43,579 nt of DNA, taken from positions 1-43,579 of the IMG/VR virus record IMGVR_UViG_3300010362_000007, one strand, 5' to 3'. This document shows, one piece after another, positions 36,135-43,579 of the stretch (position 1 is its first letter; every line of letters begins with the position of its first letter). Under the pieces are notes generated by a model. That model saw only the letters and a list, made by a program, of their open reading frames with translations. It was not told the DNA's origin and did no database searches. This DNA is from a virus. Taxonomy: Duplodnaviria; Caudoviricetes. Both the position numbers and the translations under genes were made by a program.

Positions 36135-36596
36135 TCATCGCGGTGGCCAGAACGCAGGCGCGTTCTCACCCCCGGTGGTGGCCTTGAACCAGGGCCGCTT
36201 CGTGTTCTGCACCCGGTCCCGGTTGTCGTACACCTCGGTCACACCCTTGGCTGCGGCCTGCTCGAACAACCAGTCGGGCAGCGGCCCGAACTGGTTGCCC
36301 TTCACGGCGAGGCTGCCGTACACCATCGGCTGAGGTGGCGGCGGGGCAACCTGCAGCTGCTGTTGGGGCATCGGAGCCTGCATCGTCTGCACCGCGCCGG
36401 GGAAGTGAGCCTGGATCACCCGGGCCGCTTCCTCTTCGGGGTCACCGATCTGACCGAACAGGCTGTTGGCCAAGAAGTTGAAGATCACCTCGAACTCGGC
36501 CGTCCCCTCGGCGGTGGACAAGTCGAGATCATGGGCCAGGTCCACTGCGCCCTTGAACGCAACCTGGGTGATGATCGAACGGTCACGGAAATCCAT
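36135..36596 (-). CDS. Hypothetical replication/recombination-module protein
   Basis: Start MDFRDRSIITQVAFKGAVDL (GGAGG RBS); C-terminal VYDNR..KRPWFK..FWPP. Confidence 0.7.
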   Translation of the reverse strand: MDFRDRSIITQVAFKGAVDLAHDLDLSTAEGTAEFEVIFNFLANSLFGQIGDPEEEAARVIQAHFPGAVQTMQAPMPQQQLQVAPPPPQPMVYGSLAVKGNQFGPLPDWLFEQAAAKGVTEVYDNRDRVQNTKRPWFKATTGGENAPAFWPPR

Positions 36597-36613
36597 CTGG
36601 TCCCTCCGAATGG

Positions 36614-37477
36614 TTACGCCGACCAGAGGTCCTGGTCGGTGGACAGGCGAGCGCCCTTGCAGACGCTCCACCAGGGGCACCACGTTGCGTTGCATAGGTG
36701 GTGGTCCTCGTCCCGAGGCCAACGACGCTTGACGCCCAGCGCGTCGGCCAGATCCAAATACGACTCCAACTGGTCGAGCAGCCACCCCTCGTGGGCGTGA
36801 GTGCGTTGAACATCGACCAGCTGGGTGGTCACCGCGTCGTTGTTGCCCCGGACCATCACGCCGTAGCGGAACGGAACTGGGAACTCCCACTCACCTCCGA
36901 CCCCGCCATGCACGGCCGCAACGGCGTACACGGTGGGCTGAATCGCGGTGCGCTGCTTCTCTTTCTGATAGAACTTCTTGCTCGCCGTCTTCCAGTCGAT
37001 GATCACCCCGGACGGGTCCACGTAGTCCATCGTCCCGGTGATCCCGACTGTTCTTCCTCGCCGCTCGAACAGGGGCACCTTGAATTCGACCTCGACCTGA
37101 CCGCCGAGTTCGATGTGCGGGAGCAGCTCCCTCGCCCAGGCTTGGGCCAACCGGCGTGACCAGTCGGCCAGCTGGGCAGGCAACGTCCACTTCACCCACC
37201 TGACTTTCCGGCTCTCGCAGTAGCGCATGGTCAAGTCGTAGGCCAGCGGTCCGATCTCGTCGGGGGTGGCGTGTCCTTCCAGCACGGCCCGGATCCCAGC
37301 GTGAACACCGGTCCCGATCATGGCCGAGTCGTTGGTGGCCCGGTCGAAGTCGGGTTCTACGAGAGCCTGGCGTCCCCGTTCCAAACAGCGGTGCGCGTTG
37401 TCGAGCCACGATTGGCGGAACCAGACGTTTCCGTCTTCGTCAACGAGCACACAGCCATCATCCACCCGGATTCGCAC
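36614..37477 (-). CDS. PD-(D/E)XK / RecB-Cas4-like exonuclease
   Basis: GTGVH, EVEF, GTMDYV..IIDWKT, QPTVY, C-terminal LCNATWCPWWSVC Cys cluster; start reassigned to GTG 37477. Confidence 0.88.
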   Translation of the reverse strand: MRIRVDDGCVLVDEDGNVWFRQSWLDNAHRCLERGRQALVEPDFDRATNDSAMIGTGVHAGIRAVLEGHATPDEIGPLAYDLTMRYCESRKVRWVKWTLPAQLADWSRRLAQAWARELLPHIELGGQVEVEFKVPLFERRGRTVGITGTMDYVDPSGVIIDWKTASKKFYQKEKQRTAIQPTVYAVAAVHGGVGGEWEFPVPFRYGVMVRGNNDAVTTQLVDVQRTHAHEGWLLDQLESYLDLADALGVKRRWPRDEDHHLCNATWCPWWSVCKGARLSTDQDLWSA

Positions 37478-37493
37478 AGCCCCGGGAAACTGC

Positions 37494-37979
37494 TCAATCC
37501 GGGCCGCGGAACAGCCGCACGAGGGCGCGAGCCTGATAGTCGGTGAGACCATGCACCTGATAGATCTGGTGGATCCGGTAGGCCGACATGCCCGAGCGAA
37601 TGTCCTGCTCGCATTCGATCTGCAGGTCCTCGTCCCATGCCACCAACGCGGTGTCGCGCCCGTTGGAGATCACGTAGCACTGGTCCAGGTGGCTGATCCC
37701 CACGCCGTCTTCGATGGCCACCCACGCCCGACCCTCACGCAACCACCCGGCCATCAGCTTCCACTTCAGTCGGCGGTCGGTCACTTTGGGGGTGTTGGCC
37801 AACTGGTTCATCCCGGTCTTACCGATACGCAGCGCGGCGTCGTTGTAGATGCGCAGGTGTTCGAGGTAGTCCGCGAACGTGTCGGAGCTGGGGTTGTCGT
37901 GGAACCCGGTCATCCGGGCAATGCTGTCGTGAACAGGATTCGACACGTCGTACAGACGCTCCCATTCGTCATCGATCAT
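37494..37979 (-). CDS. Hypothetical protein
   Basis: Start after a GGAGGGG RBS; possible C-terminal HTH-like segment. Confidence 0.65.
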   Translation of the reverse strand: MIDDEWERLYDVSNPVHDSIARMTGFHDNPSSDTFADYLEHLRIYNDAALRIGKTGMNQLANTPKVTDRRLKWKLMAGWLREGRAWVAIEDGVGISHLDQCYVISNGRDTALVAWDEDLQIECEQDIRSGMSAYRIHQIYQVHGLTDYQARALVRLFRGPD

Positions 37980-38321
37980 CAACGTCGTCCCCTCCAGGCG
38001 CTTGCTGTTGAACGCCGTGGTCCCCCCACCGACCCGCGCGGATGTTTGCACCCCGCCCTGCGATGGTCAAGGGGACACCATGTCCATCATTCGCGCTGAT
38101 CGACCCCGTGATCGAGAGGCGTCCACATCCCCTCCGCCTCTCGGGAGCGCAGCGGGAGCGAAGCGAGCGAGGGTGGCCGGGATGTGGGCGACTCGATCTC
38201 TTCGGATCGGTCGCCCGAAGGGTGACCCGTCACCGGGATGAGCCTGGCTCAGTGGGCCTCGCCAGTCTCATGGATCATCCCAGCGGTTTGGCAAAGCCCC
38301 GGGGACTATTAGCGATTGGAA

Positions 38322-38338
38322 TGAATCGGTTTGATTCA
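38322..38338. promoter_or_regulatory. Palindromic box
   Basis: TGAATC GGTTT GATTCA upstream of the replication operon. Confidence 0.8.
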
Positions 38339-38346
38339 GCCGAAGG

Positions 38347-38646
38347 TCAGGCGGTGTGCTTGCGCGGTGCCCGGTTGCGCGATGCCCGCCGCTCCGCTTC
38401 CAGCTCTCGCCGCAACGCCACCAGCTGGCGGGCCTGGTAGTCCACCAGGTCGTGCAGCCCGGCCACCATCGCGTCGGTCATGTCGTCGCCGGTACGGCGC
38501 TGCGAGCGCAGCGGCACCTTGCCAGAACGTCGGAGGATGTCGTACAAGACAGTGCCCCCGATCTTCCACTTCTGCTTGATCTCGATCACGGTGTAGCCCG
38601 CGAAGTAGTCCGCGATGATCGCGTCCTCACGCTCAGAAGCCTTCAC
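38347..38646 (-). CDS. HTH DNA-binding protein with coiled coil
   Basis: IIADYFAGYTVIEIKQKWKIGGTVLYDILRRSG HTH; start probably GTG 38646. Confidence 0.7.
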   Translation of the reverse strand: MKASEREDAIIADYFAGYTVIEIKQKWKIGGTVLYDILRRSGKVPLRSQRRTGDDMTDAMVAGLHDLVDYQARQLVALRRELEAERRASRNRAPRKHTA

Positions 38647-38790
38647 TAGCCGCGTCCTTCTGGTTGTTCCGATGCCCGAACCTCTCCCAACTCGGGGCAG
38701 GTCGGAGTGTAATCGTGCCCTCACAGGCAGTGCGAGTAGCTTGCCTACCCGCAGGTAACGGGACGGTTAAAGATCTGGCCCCGGACGCGA

Positions 38791-38826
38791 CGAAACCCCC
38801 CCGGACCGGAGTCCAGGGGGGTTTCG
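38791..38826 (-). terminator. Probable intrinsic terminator downstream of the integrase
   Basis: CGAAACCCCCC-GGAC..GTCC-GGGGGGTTTCG long stem-loop. Confidence 0.65.
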
Positions 38827-38886
38827 CACTGGCCAGGTGATGTCAGCAGTCCACGCGGCTAGGAGAGGAAGCTGACCGACCAGAGT

Positions 38887-39984
38887 CTACCGCTTGACCC
38901 GACGACCCTCGATGCCCTCGGGCTTCCAGATGTCCGGGTTCTCCGCGTGGGCCAGGTTGCGTTCCCGTTCGGCTACGAACGCCGCCGACACCTTGGCGTA
39001 AGCCCTCGTCGTGTCCAGCTTGGAATGGTTCATCAAGTCTCGCATCCGCAACAGATCGACCCCGGCGCGGAACAGGTTCGTCGCCGCCGAATCCCGAAGA
39101 TCATGGGGCTTGAACGCGTTCGGTGGCAGATCGGCCTGACGCAACAGCTTCTTCAACAACCGGTTGATCTTCAACCCGTCAGCCTCCACCGGGATCCACC
39201 GGGTCACGTTGCGGTTGATCACCACCTCCTGACCCACCGTGTACACCGACAGAAACTTGGTGTCCTGACGAGCCTTGGCGGTCGCCTCCACAATCTCCAA
39301 CCACTGATCGAACGGACCCACAAACCCCATCCGAGGTTTCAAGTACAGCTCGATCACCTCGCGGTACGGCAACCGGTGCCACGCCTGATCCTCATCACCC
39401 TTGCGCTCGAAATGGAAGATCCCCGGGATCCCTTCGAGATCCAGACGATCCTCCAACTCGTCAGGCAACACGCCCTGCGGGGTGATCGACAGGATCTCGA
39501 AACGGCGGAACCCGCAGAAGTACGCCAATCCCAGCCACAGCCGGTCATCGTCGTACAACTCCGAGGCCCACAGCAGCTGCCACAACCGGTCCGGAACCGG
39601 GTTCGGCAACGTGTCCGGCACCCGCACGTTCTTGCGCAGGATGTGCCGAGAATCCTTCGACACCGCCACGTCCTCGATCATCACCATCCACTTCCAGAAC
39701 GCCCGGATCGACATCAGCTTCACCCGCTTGGTGTGCGCAGAAGCCTCTTTGCGACCGTCCGTCCCATCACCGGCACGGATCTGCTGGTTCACGAAATCGT
39801 CCAGATCGTTGAACGACACCTCGTCCAACCGTGGCTCATCGAGGAACTCCAACAGGTTCCCCAACACCGTGCGGTAGGTGCGGATCGTGTGATACCGGTT
39901 GTTCTCCACATCCATGCGGTACGTCAAGAACTTGTCCAACAGCCTTGAATCAAGATGATTCACGTCATGTTTGTCTGATGACAT
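38887..39984 (-). CDS. int: Tyrosine integrase
   Basis: SAM-like N-domain (TIRTYRTVL); catalytic GFRRFE (R), RKG (K), PHDLR (HxxR), MNHS (H), TTRAY (Y). Confidence 0.93.
   Translation of the reverse strand: MSSDKHDVNHLDSRLLDKFLTYRMDVENNRYHTIRTYRTVLGNLLEFLDEPRLDEVSFNDLDDFVNQQIRAGDGTDGRKEASAHTKRVKLMSIRAFWKWMVMIEDVAVSKDSRHILRKNVRVPDTLPNPVPDRLWQLLWASELYDDDRLWLGLAYFCGFRRFEILSITPQGVLPDELEDRLDLEGIPGIFHFERKGDEDQAWHRLPYREVIELYLKPRMGFVGPFDQWLEIVEATAKARQDTKFLSVYTVGQEVVINRNVTRWIPVEADGLKINRLLKKLLRQADLPPNAFKPHDLRDSAATNLFRAGVDLLRMRDLMNHSKLDTTRAYAKVSAAFVAERERNLAHAENPDIWKPEGIEGRRVKR
39946..39962. promoter_or_regulatory. Palindromic box in the 5' end of int
   Basis: TGAATC AAGAT GATTCA at integrase codons 8-13. 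Confidence 0.8.
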
Positions 39985-40048
39985 CTAACTCACTCACTTC
40001 ACTTCGTTCGCCACATCCTGCGGATGTGGACGGTTATATTCCGAGCTT

Positions 40049-40060
40049 GAACAGTTGTTC
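40049..40060. promoter_or_regulatory. Putative LexA (SOS) box upstream of int
   Basis: GAAC AGTT GTTC (CGAACAACTGTTCA on the - strand) about 10 nt upstream of a TATAAC -10-like hexamer. Confidence 0.55.
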
Positions 40061-40111
40061 GCTCGGTTCTATTCGTTTCCCAAGTCGGAAGACTTGGGGG
40101 ATCCGAATGGA

Positions 40112-40140
40112 TCAGGGGTTCGATTCCCCTCAGCTCCACC
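40112..40140 (+). other. attP core: 3' end of a tRNA-Ala (or tmRNA)
   Basis: TC-AGGGG-TTCGATT-CCCCT-CAGCTCC-ACC is a T-arm plus Ala-type acceptor 3' strand with no 5' half; adjacent to int; CGG(T/A)TCTATTC repeats at 40064, 40140 and 40196. Confidence 0.8.
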
Positions 40141-40200
40141 GGTTCTATTCCGGGGTTTACCTGGGGAAATGCCAGTTAGATTCTCCTGGCCAACCCGGAT

Positions 40201-40470
40201 CTATTCGGCTCTGGCAACCTCCTTCCTGTCGATGCCTGCTTCGATCTGTTTGACCCTGGTGATCGAGATCCCGAGGATCGCCCCGATCTGGGCGAGGGTG
40301 TGATCGACCCGCAGTGCGCGTACCGCCGAGCGTCGTGCTCGGGCTACCTGGGCTTGGACTTCGATGAGCTGGCCCCACATCTGATGTGCGGTGCGTGCTC
40401 GTTCCTCAGGGGGTAGCGCTTCCAACCATCCGATGGTTGGTGCTACTGCGGCCCGCAGATCACCCCTCAC
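40201..40470 (-). CDS. HTH DNA-binding protein (excisionase/repressor candidate)
   Basis: HTLAQIGAILGISITRVKQIEAG HTH; next to attP; start GTG 40470. Confidence 0.7.
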   Translation of the reverse strand: MRGDLRAAVAPTIGWLEALPPEERARTAHQMWGQLIEVQAQVARARRSAVRALRVDHTLAQIGAILGISITRVKQIEAGIDRKEVARAE

Positions 40471-40690
40471 TGGTGTCTCCTTCCTTGTGGACGCACGTGA
40501 CTTCCCGTGCATAGCAGTACCGGACCCGCCCATGACTGTCTTGTCCTGCGAGCCACGTGTCACCGCGCCGGGTTACCCCGGCGCAGCGCAGTGTCAGACA
40601 CAGGAAGTCTCGGCCCTGTCGGGCCACGTACGCGGCCCCGGTTCCGATGGTCCTGCCGTTGGGTAGGCGGGCGGTTCTCACGCTGTTCAC
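40460..40690 (-). CDS. Hypothetical protein
   Basis: 76 aa from GTG 40690, coupled to neighbours. Confidence 0.55.
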   Translation of the reverse strand: MNSVRTARLPNGRTIGTGAAYVARQGRDFLCLTLRCAGVTRRGDTWLAGQDSHGRVRYCYAREVTCVHKEGDTSEG

Positions 40691-40896
40691 GTTTCCTCGG
40701 CCCAACTTTCTTCTTGGGCCTTGGTGATGTCCTGCAGCCCCTCGGTGAGAAGCTGCCGTTCGTAGGCGGCGTCTTTGGAGGCCCGTGTTCCTTGGGTCAT
40801 CCTTCGTCGTCGCTTGGTGTTGCTGGACAGTGCCTGCATCAAGGCTTTCTCGATCTGGTCGAGAACTTCTGTCCGCACGACCAGACGGTGTTCCAT
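40687..40896 (-). CDS. Hypothetical protein
   Basis: MEHRLVV... 69 aa; GAAGGGG RBS. Confidence 0.6.
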   Translation of the reverse strand: MEHRLVVRTEVLDQIEKALMQALSSNTKRRRRMTQGTRASKDAAYERQLLTEGLQDITKAQEESWAEET

Positions 40897-41005
40897 GTCC
40901 CCTTCTTTCAACTTCGTTGAAGCCACACTCTTCGAGCGTGGCGCTTCTATCCACCGGCAATGAGGCCGATGACTACCCAGACCAGGAGGACTACCAGCCC
41001 CGCGG

Positions 41006-41647
41006 TCATGCCTGCTGCTCATGGGATTGTAGTCCACCCTGCACCCGTTCGGCTACGGGACTCTGCACCTGCTCGGCTACGGGCATCAGCACCGGCCGGG
41101 TGGTCCCGGTCTTGGAGCTGAACCGCTTGGACTCGGTGATCGGGATGGCTTCACCCCGCTTGGCCCGTGCCCGCATCCCGACGATTCGGTTGTTGACGCT
41201 GACCCGCATCCACTCGTACTCGTCGCGTGGCTGCTGGACCGCCTGGGCGATCTCGGGGATGCTGATTCCCTCAGGGTGGGCGTTGATCACGGCGACGATC
41301 TCGGCTTCGGTGACGTACCTGCCACCGACCGTGTAACCTGCCTTGGCCTTGGACCCGCGGGAAGCTTGGTTCTTGCCCGAGCCTTTGCGCTTGGTTTGCA
41401 CCGCGGCCTCGACCTCGGCTGCCAGGTCGGTGGGCTTGGGGAAGCCAGTCTGGTGCTTCGGTGCCTTGGGCTTGGGTCCGTTGAGACCGAGCGCGGCGAC
41501 CAGGTTGGTCCCGAGCAGTGCCGCATCGGTCAGCCCGAAGTGTTCGGGCACCTTCACCTGAGCGAACTCGGTGAGACTGCCGTCGTGGTCATCGACCAGT
41601 CCGTACTTGACTTTCCCGTCGCTTACGAGAGCGATGATCTGCTTCAT
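41006..41647 (-). CDS. Putative winged-helix DNA-binding protein
   Basis: Lys-rich linker, then EIVAVINAHPEGISIPEIAQAV. Confidence 0.6.
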   Translation of the reverse strand: MKQIIALVSDGKVKYGLVDDHDGSLTEFAQVKVPEHFGLTDAALLGTNLVAALGLNGPKPKAPKHQTGFPKPTDLAAEVEAAVQTKRKGSGKNQASRGSKAKAGYTVGGRYVTEAEIVAVINAHPEGISIPEIAQAVQQPRDEYEWMRVSVNNRIVGMRARAKRGEAIPITESKRFSSKTGTTRPVLMPVAEQVQSPVAERVQGGLQSHEQQA

Positions 41648-41668
41648 GGTTCTTTCTTCTTTCCTTTG

Positions 41669-42013
41669 TTATGCCACACCGCTGATCGGTGTGCCCATCG
41701 TGCCCAGCTCTTCCTCGAACAACTGAGACACGAACTCTTGACGCCACTCCTGGGGGGAACGGCGTTCGTCTTCGCCCCGGCGCTGATAGCCCTCGGGGTA
41801 GTCGTAGCGGCTGTGGACTTCACCCGAACGGGTGATCCACTTGATCCGCGTGGTGGTGCAGTCGGCACACTGGCTGACGAGTCCGATGGTTCCGAACTCG
41901 ATGCCCAACGGTGCCTTGGTGGTGTCTTGTACCTTGCCCTTGTGTCTCCACTCGTGGCCGAGTGATCGGCATTGAGCGAAGATGACAGGGTTGGGTGCCT
42001 TTGGTCTTGCCAT
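41669..42013 (-). CDS. Zinc-binding phage hypothetical protein
   Basis: CRSLGHEW..CADC..RYDYPEGY; AAAGGA RBS. Confidence 0.7.
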   Translation of the reverse strand: MARPKAPNPVIFAQCRSLGHEWRHKGKVQDTTKAPLGIEFGTIGLVSQCADCTTTRIKWITRSGEVHSRYDYPEGYQRRGEDERRSPQEWRQEFVSQLFEEELGTMGTPISGVA

Positions 42014-42079
42014 GTCTTCCTTTCCTCTGTAGCCGCCTGCAGGGAGGACTGTAACAGGGGCTAGCTACACGCGATGATG

Positions 42080-42100
42080 CCCCCCGGACTACCCGGGGGG
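42080..42100 (-). terminator. GC stem-loop after the coiled-coil gene
   Basis: CCCCCCGG-ACTAC-CCGGGGGG. Confidence 0.45.
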
Positions 42101-42107
42101 TCCATCG

Positions 42108-42124
42108 TGAATCAGATTGATTCG
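42108..42124. promoter_or_regulatory. Palindromic box
   Basis: TGAATC AGATT GATTCG. Confidence 0.75.
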
Positions 42125-42128
42125 GGCC

Positions 42129-43130
42129 TCACGCCTCGTAGACGTTGTTGGCCTCGTAGCTGCGGACTGAGTACGAGCTGCCCGTGTGTTGCGCAGCCCG
42201 GTACAGCTCGGCGGCGAACACGTCGGCCTGCTCGTTCTCGTCCTGACCTCGACGCAGCTGGAACTCGACGGTGACCACCAAGTCGGCGGTCCACTCAGTG
42301 ATCCGGCTCGGCGGCGTGAACGTGCGCAGCTCGGCGGCCACGTCGTCGCGGAAGTCATCGAAGTCCGAGCAGTAGCCCTTGTCCTGGGCGAAGTCCATCG
42401 CCCGCTCCCAGGTCAGCTCCAAGTCATGGAGCTGGTTGGCCTGGAGTTCCCGAAGACGGTCAATCTGTCCGATCAGATCCTCACGGTCCGAGGCCAGGGC
42501 GTTGACCCTGGTCTGCAACTCGGTCACCCGGTCGTCGGTGGTCTGTTCCCTGGCTGTCGCCAGTTCACGCTCTAGCTCACCGGTCCGATCATGGAGGTGG
42601 TTGTTGGTGTCGTGGTACTCGCTGACCGTACGGGTGAAGTCACCGATGCGGGCCTCCTGCTCGTTGATCCGCTGGGTCTGGCGCTCGTTGCGCTGCTGCC
42701 ACTCGTCGCGCTCCGCGGTGAGCAGCTCGACCCGCTCGTTGAGCTGGCCCAGCTCGGTTTCGTTGACACGACGGATGTACTCGTTGCGCTGTTCGACCAG
42801 CGCGTTCGCCGCGTCCCGCTCTTCACGGGCCGACGTGACCAGCTCCTGGGCGTTGCGGACCTGCAGCTCCAGCTCCGCGATGCGCTCGTCGCCCATCTCG
42901 GCAATCGTGTCCTGGGTGGCCTCGACCTGACCGGCGTGGAACGCATCGGCCAGGGCACCACGGGCGTACTGAGCGATGCGCTCGGCCGCATACTCGGTGT
43001 CCACCACGATGGGGACGAGTGGTACCTCGTTGACGATGGGGTCACCCTCGCTCTGGTGGCGGGAGACCACGAGGTAGAACGTGTCACCGTCCTGGCGGAT
43101 GGTGACGGTGGGAACTTGGTGTGTAGTCAC
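42129..43130 (-). CDS. Long coiled-coil protein
   Basis: 333 aa with an extended E/R/Q heptad region and a GYCSDFD motif. Confidence 0.75.
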   Translation of the reverse strand: MTTHQVPTVTIRQDGDTFYLVVSRHQSEGDPIVNEVPLVPIVVDTEYAAERIAQYARGALADAFHAGQVEATQDTIAEMGDERIAELELQVRNAQELVTSAREERDAANALVEQRNEYIRRVNETELGQLNERVELLTAERDEWQQRNERQTQRINEQEARIGDFTRTVSEYHDTNNHLHDRTGELERELATAREQTTDDRVTELQTRVNALASDREDLIGQIDRLRELQANQLHDLELTWERAMDFAQDKGYCSDFDDFRDDVAAELRTFTPPSRITEWTADLVVTVEFQLRRGQDENEQADVFAAELYRAAQHTGSSYSVRSYEANNVYEA

Positions 43131-43296
43131 TTTGACTTCTCATCTCTTTCGTGCGGCAGTCTTTCGACCACCGTGCTTCGTTGTTTGGTTGGGTTGTGTG
43201 TAACGTGTGCGGCAGACAACTGGGGACTTGGTGGTCCTTCGTTGTTTGGTTGGCCTCACTCCCCGGCCCCGCCGCACGTTGGGCCGGGGGTGAGGT

Positions 43297-43313
43297 TGAA
43301 TCAGGATGATTCA
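43297..43313. promoter_or_regulatory. Palindromic box
   Basis: TGAATC AGGAT GATTCA next to the GC hairpin at 43261-43290. Confidence 0.8.
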
Positions 43314-43339
43314 TCGTCTGGCCGCAGCGTCAGCCGCGG

Positions 43340-43522
43340 TCAGATCTCGGTGAGCAGATAACTGCCGACCTGGTTGCCGTTGGCGTCGAGGATCGTGCCC
43401 TGGTGGGGGAGTCCGTCGTCCTCGATGTCTGTGGCCAGTGCCCGCAGGATGCGGACCAGCTCGTGGTCATCCTCGAACTGGAAGGCCGCGTTGTCCATGT
43501 GAATGACGAGGGAGAAGTTCAC
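43340..43522 (-). CDS. Small phage hypothetical protein
   Basis: DNAAF..ELVRILRALA..ILDANGNQVG pattern; continues the operon across the circular junction. Confidence 0.7.
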   Translation of the reverse strand: MNFSLVIHMDNAAFQFEDDHELVRILRALATDIEDDGLPHQGTILDANGNQVGSYLLTEI

Positions 43523-43579
43523 CCTCCCTCGCCATCGTCCAGCCGGTCCTCGATCTCAGCCAGCCGCGATTCGAGACGA
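43457..43579. repeat. Terminal direct repeat / circular assembly overlap (copy 2)
   Basis: Identical to 1-123. Confidence 0.95.

Noticed and set aside
36614-37477. Cas4-like nuclease as evidence of a CRISPR system
   Set aside because: Stand-alone PD-(D/E)XK exonucleases are routine in phage replication modules; no array or other cas genes
38113-38187. HDV-like ribozyme
   Set aside because: Pseudoknot topology is present but there is no room for P3/L3/P1.1 and no recognisable catalytic core
40112-40140. Complete tRNA gene
   Set aside because: Only the T-arm and acceptor 3' strand are present, with no D-arm, anticodon arm or 5' acceptor strand; treated as attP

Overview
The window appears to be a complete circular phage genome of about 43.46 kb; bases 1-123 are repeated exactly at 43457-43579. 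It is GC-rich, and the host is most likely an actinobacterium (inferred from a DUF4190-like membrane gene, a Gram-positive-type LexA box and a tRNA-Ala-like attP core). The + strand from 5.4 to 31.6 kb is a podovirus-type late module: terS, terL, P22-like portal, scaffold, major capsid, adaptor, nozzle, four fibre/collagen genes, internal virion (ejection) proteins including one of 2454 aa, an Ig-like protein and a lysis cassette (amidase, several membrane proteins, lipoprotein transglycosylase). There is no tape measure or tail tube gene. The - strand carries early small genes, a tyrosine integrase with attP, HTH proteins, a PD-(D/E)XK exonuclease, a DnaB-like helicase, an AEP primase, RusA and a sigma-region-4 protein; no DNA polymerase was seen. 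The most striking signals not explained by these genes are: (1) 17 strong and 2 degenerate copies of the 17-bp palindrome TGAATCR-N3-YGATTCA spread over the whole genome, often built into stop/start codons or inside genes; (2) a GGGGGACA motif 13-17 nt upstream of late-gene starts; (3) four small ORFs that each begin with the same 12-bp palindrome (encoding EPLF/EPPF), resembling a cassette array; and (4) heavily base-paired non-coding regions at about 4.35-4.70 kb and 38.1-38.3 kb. All functional calls come from motif recognition by eye; no database searches were run.
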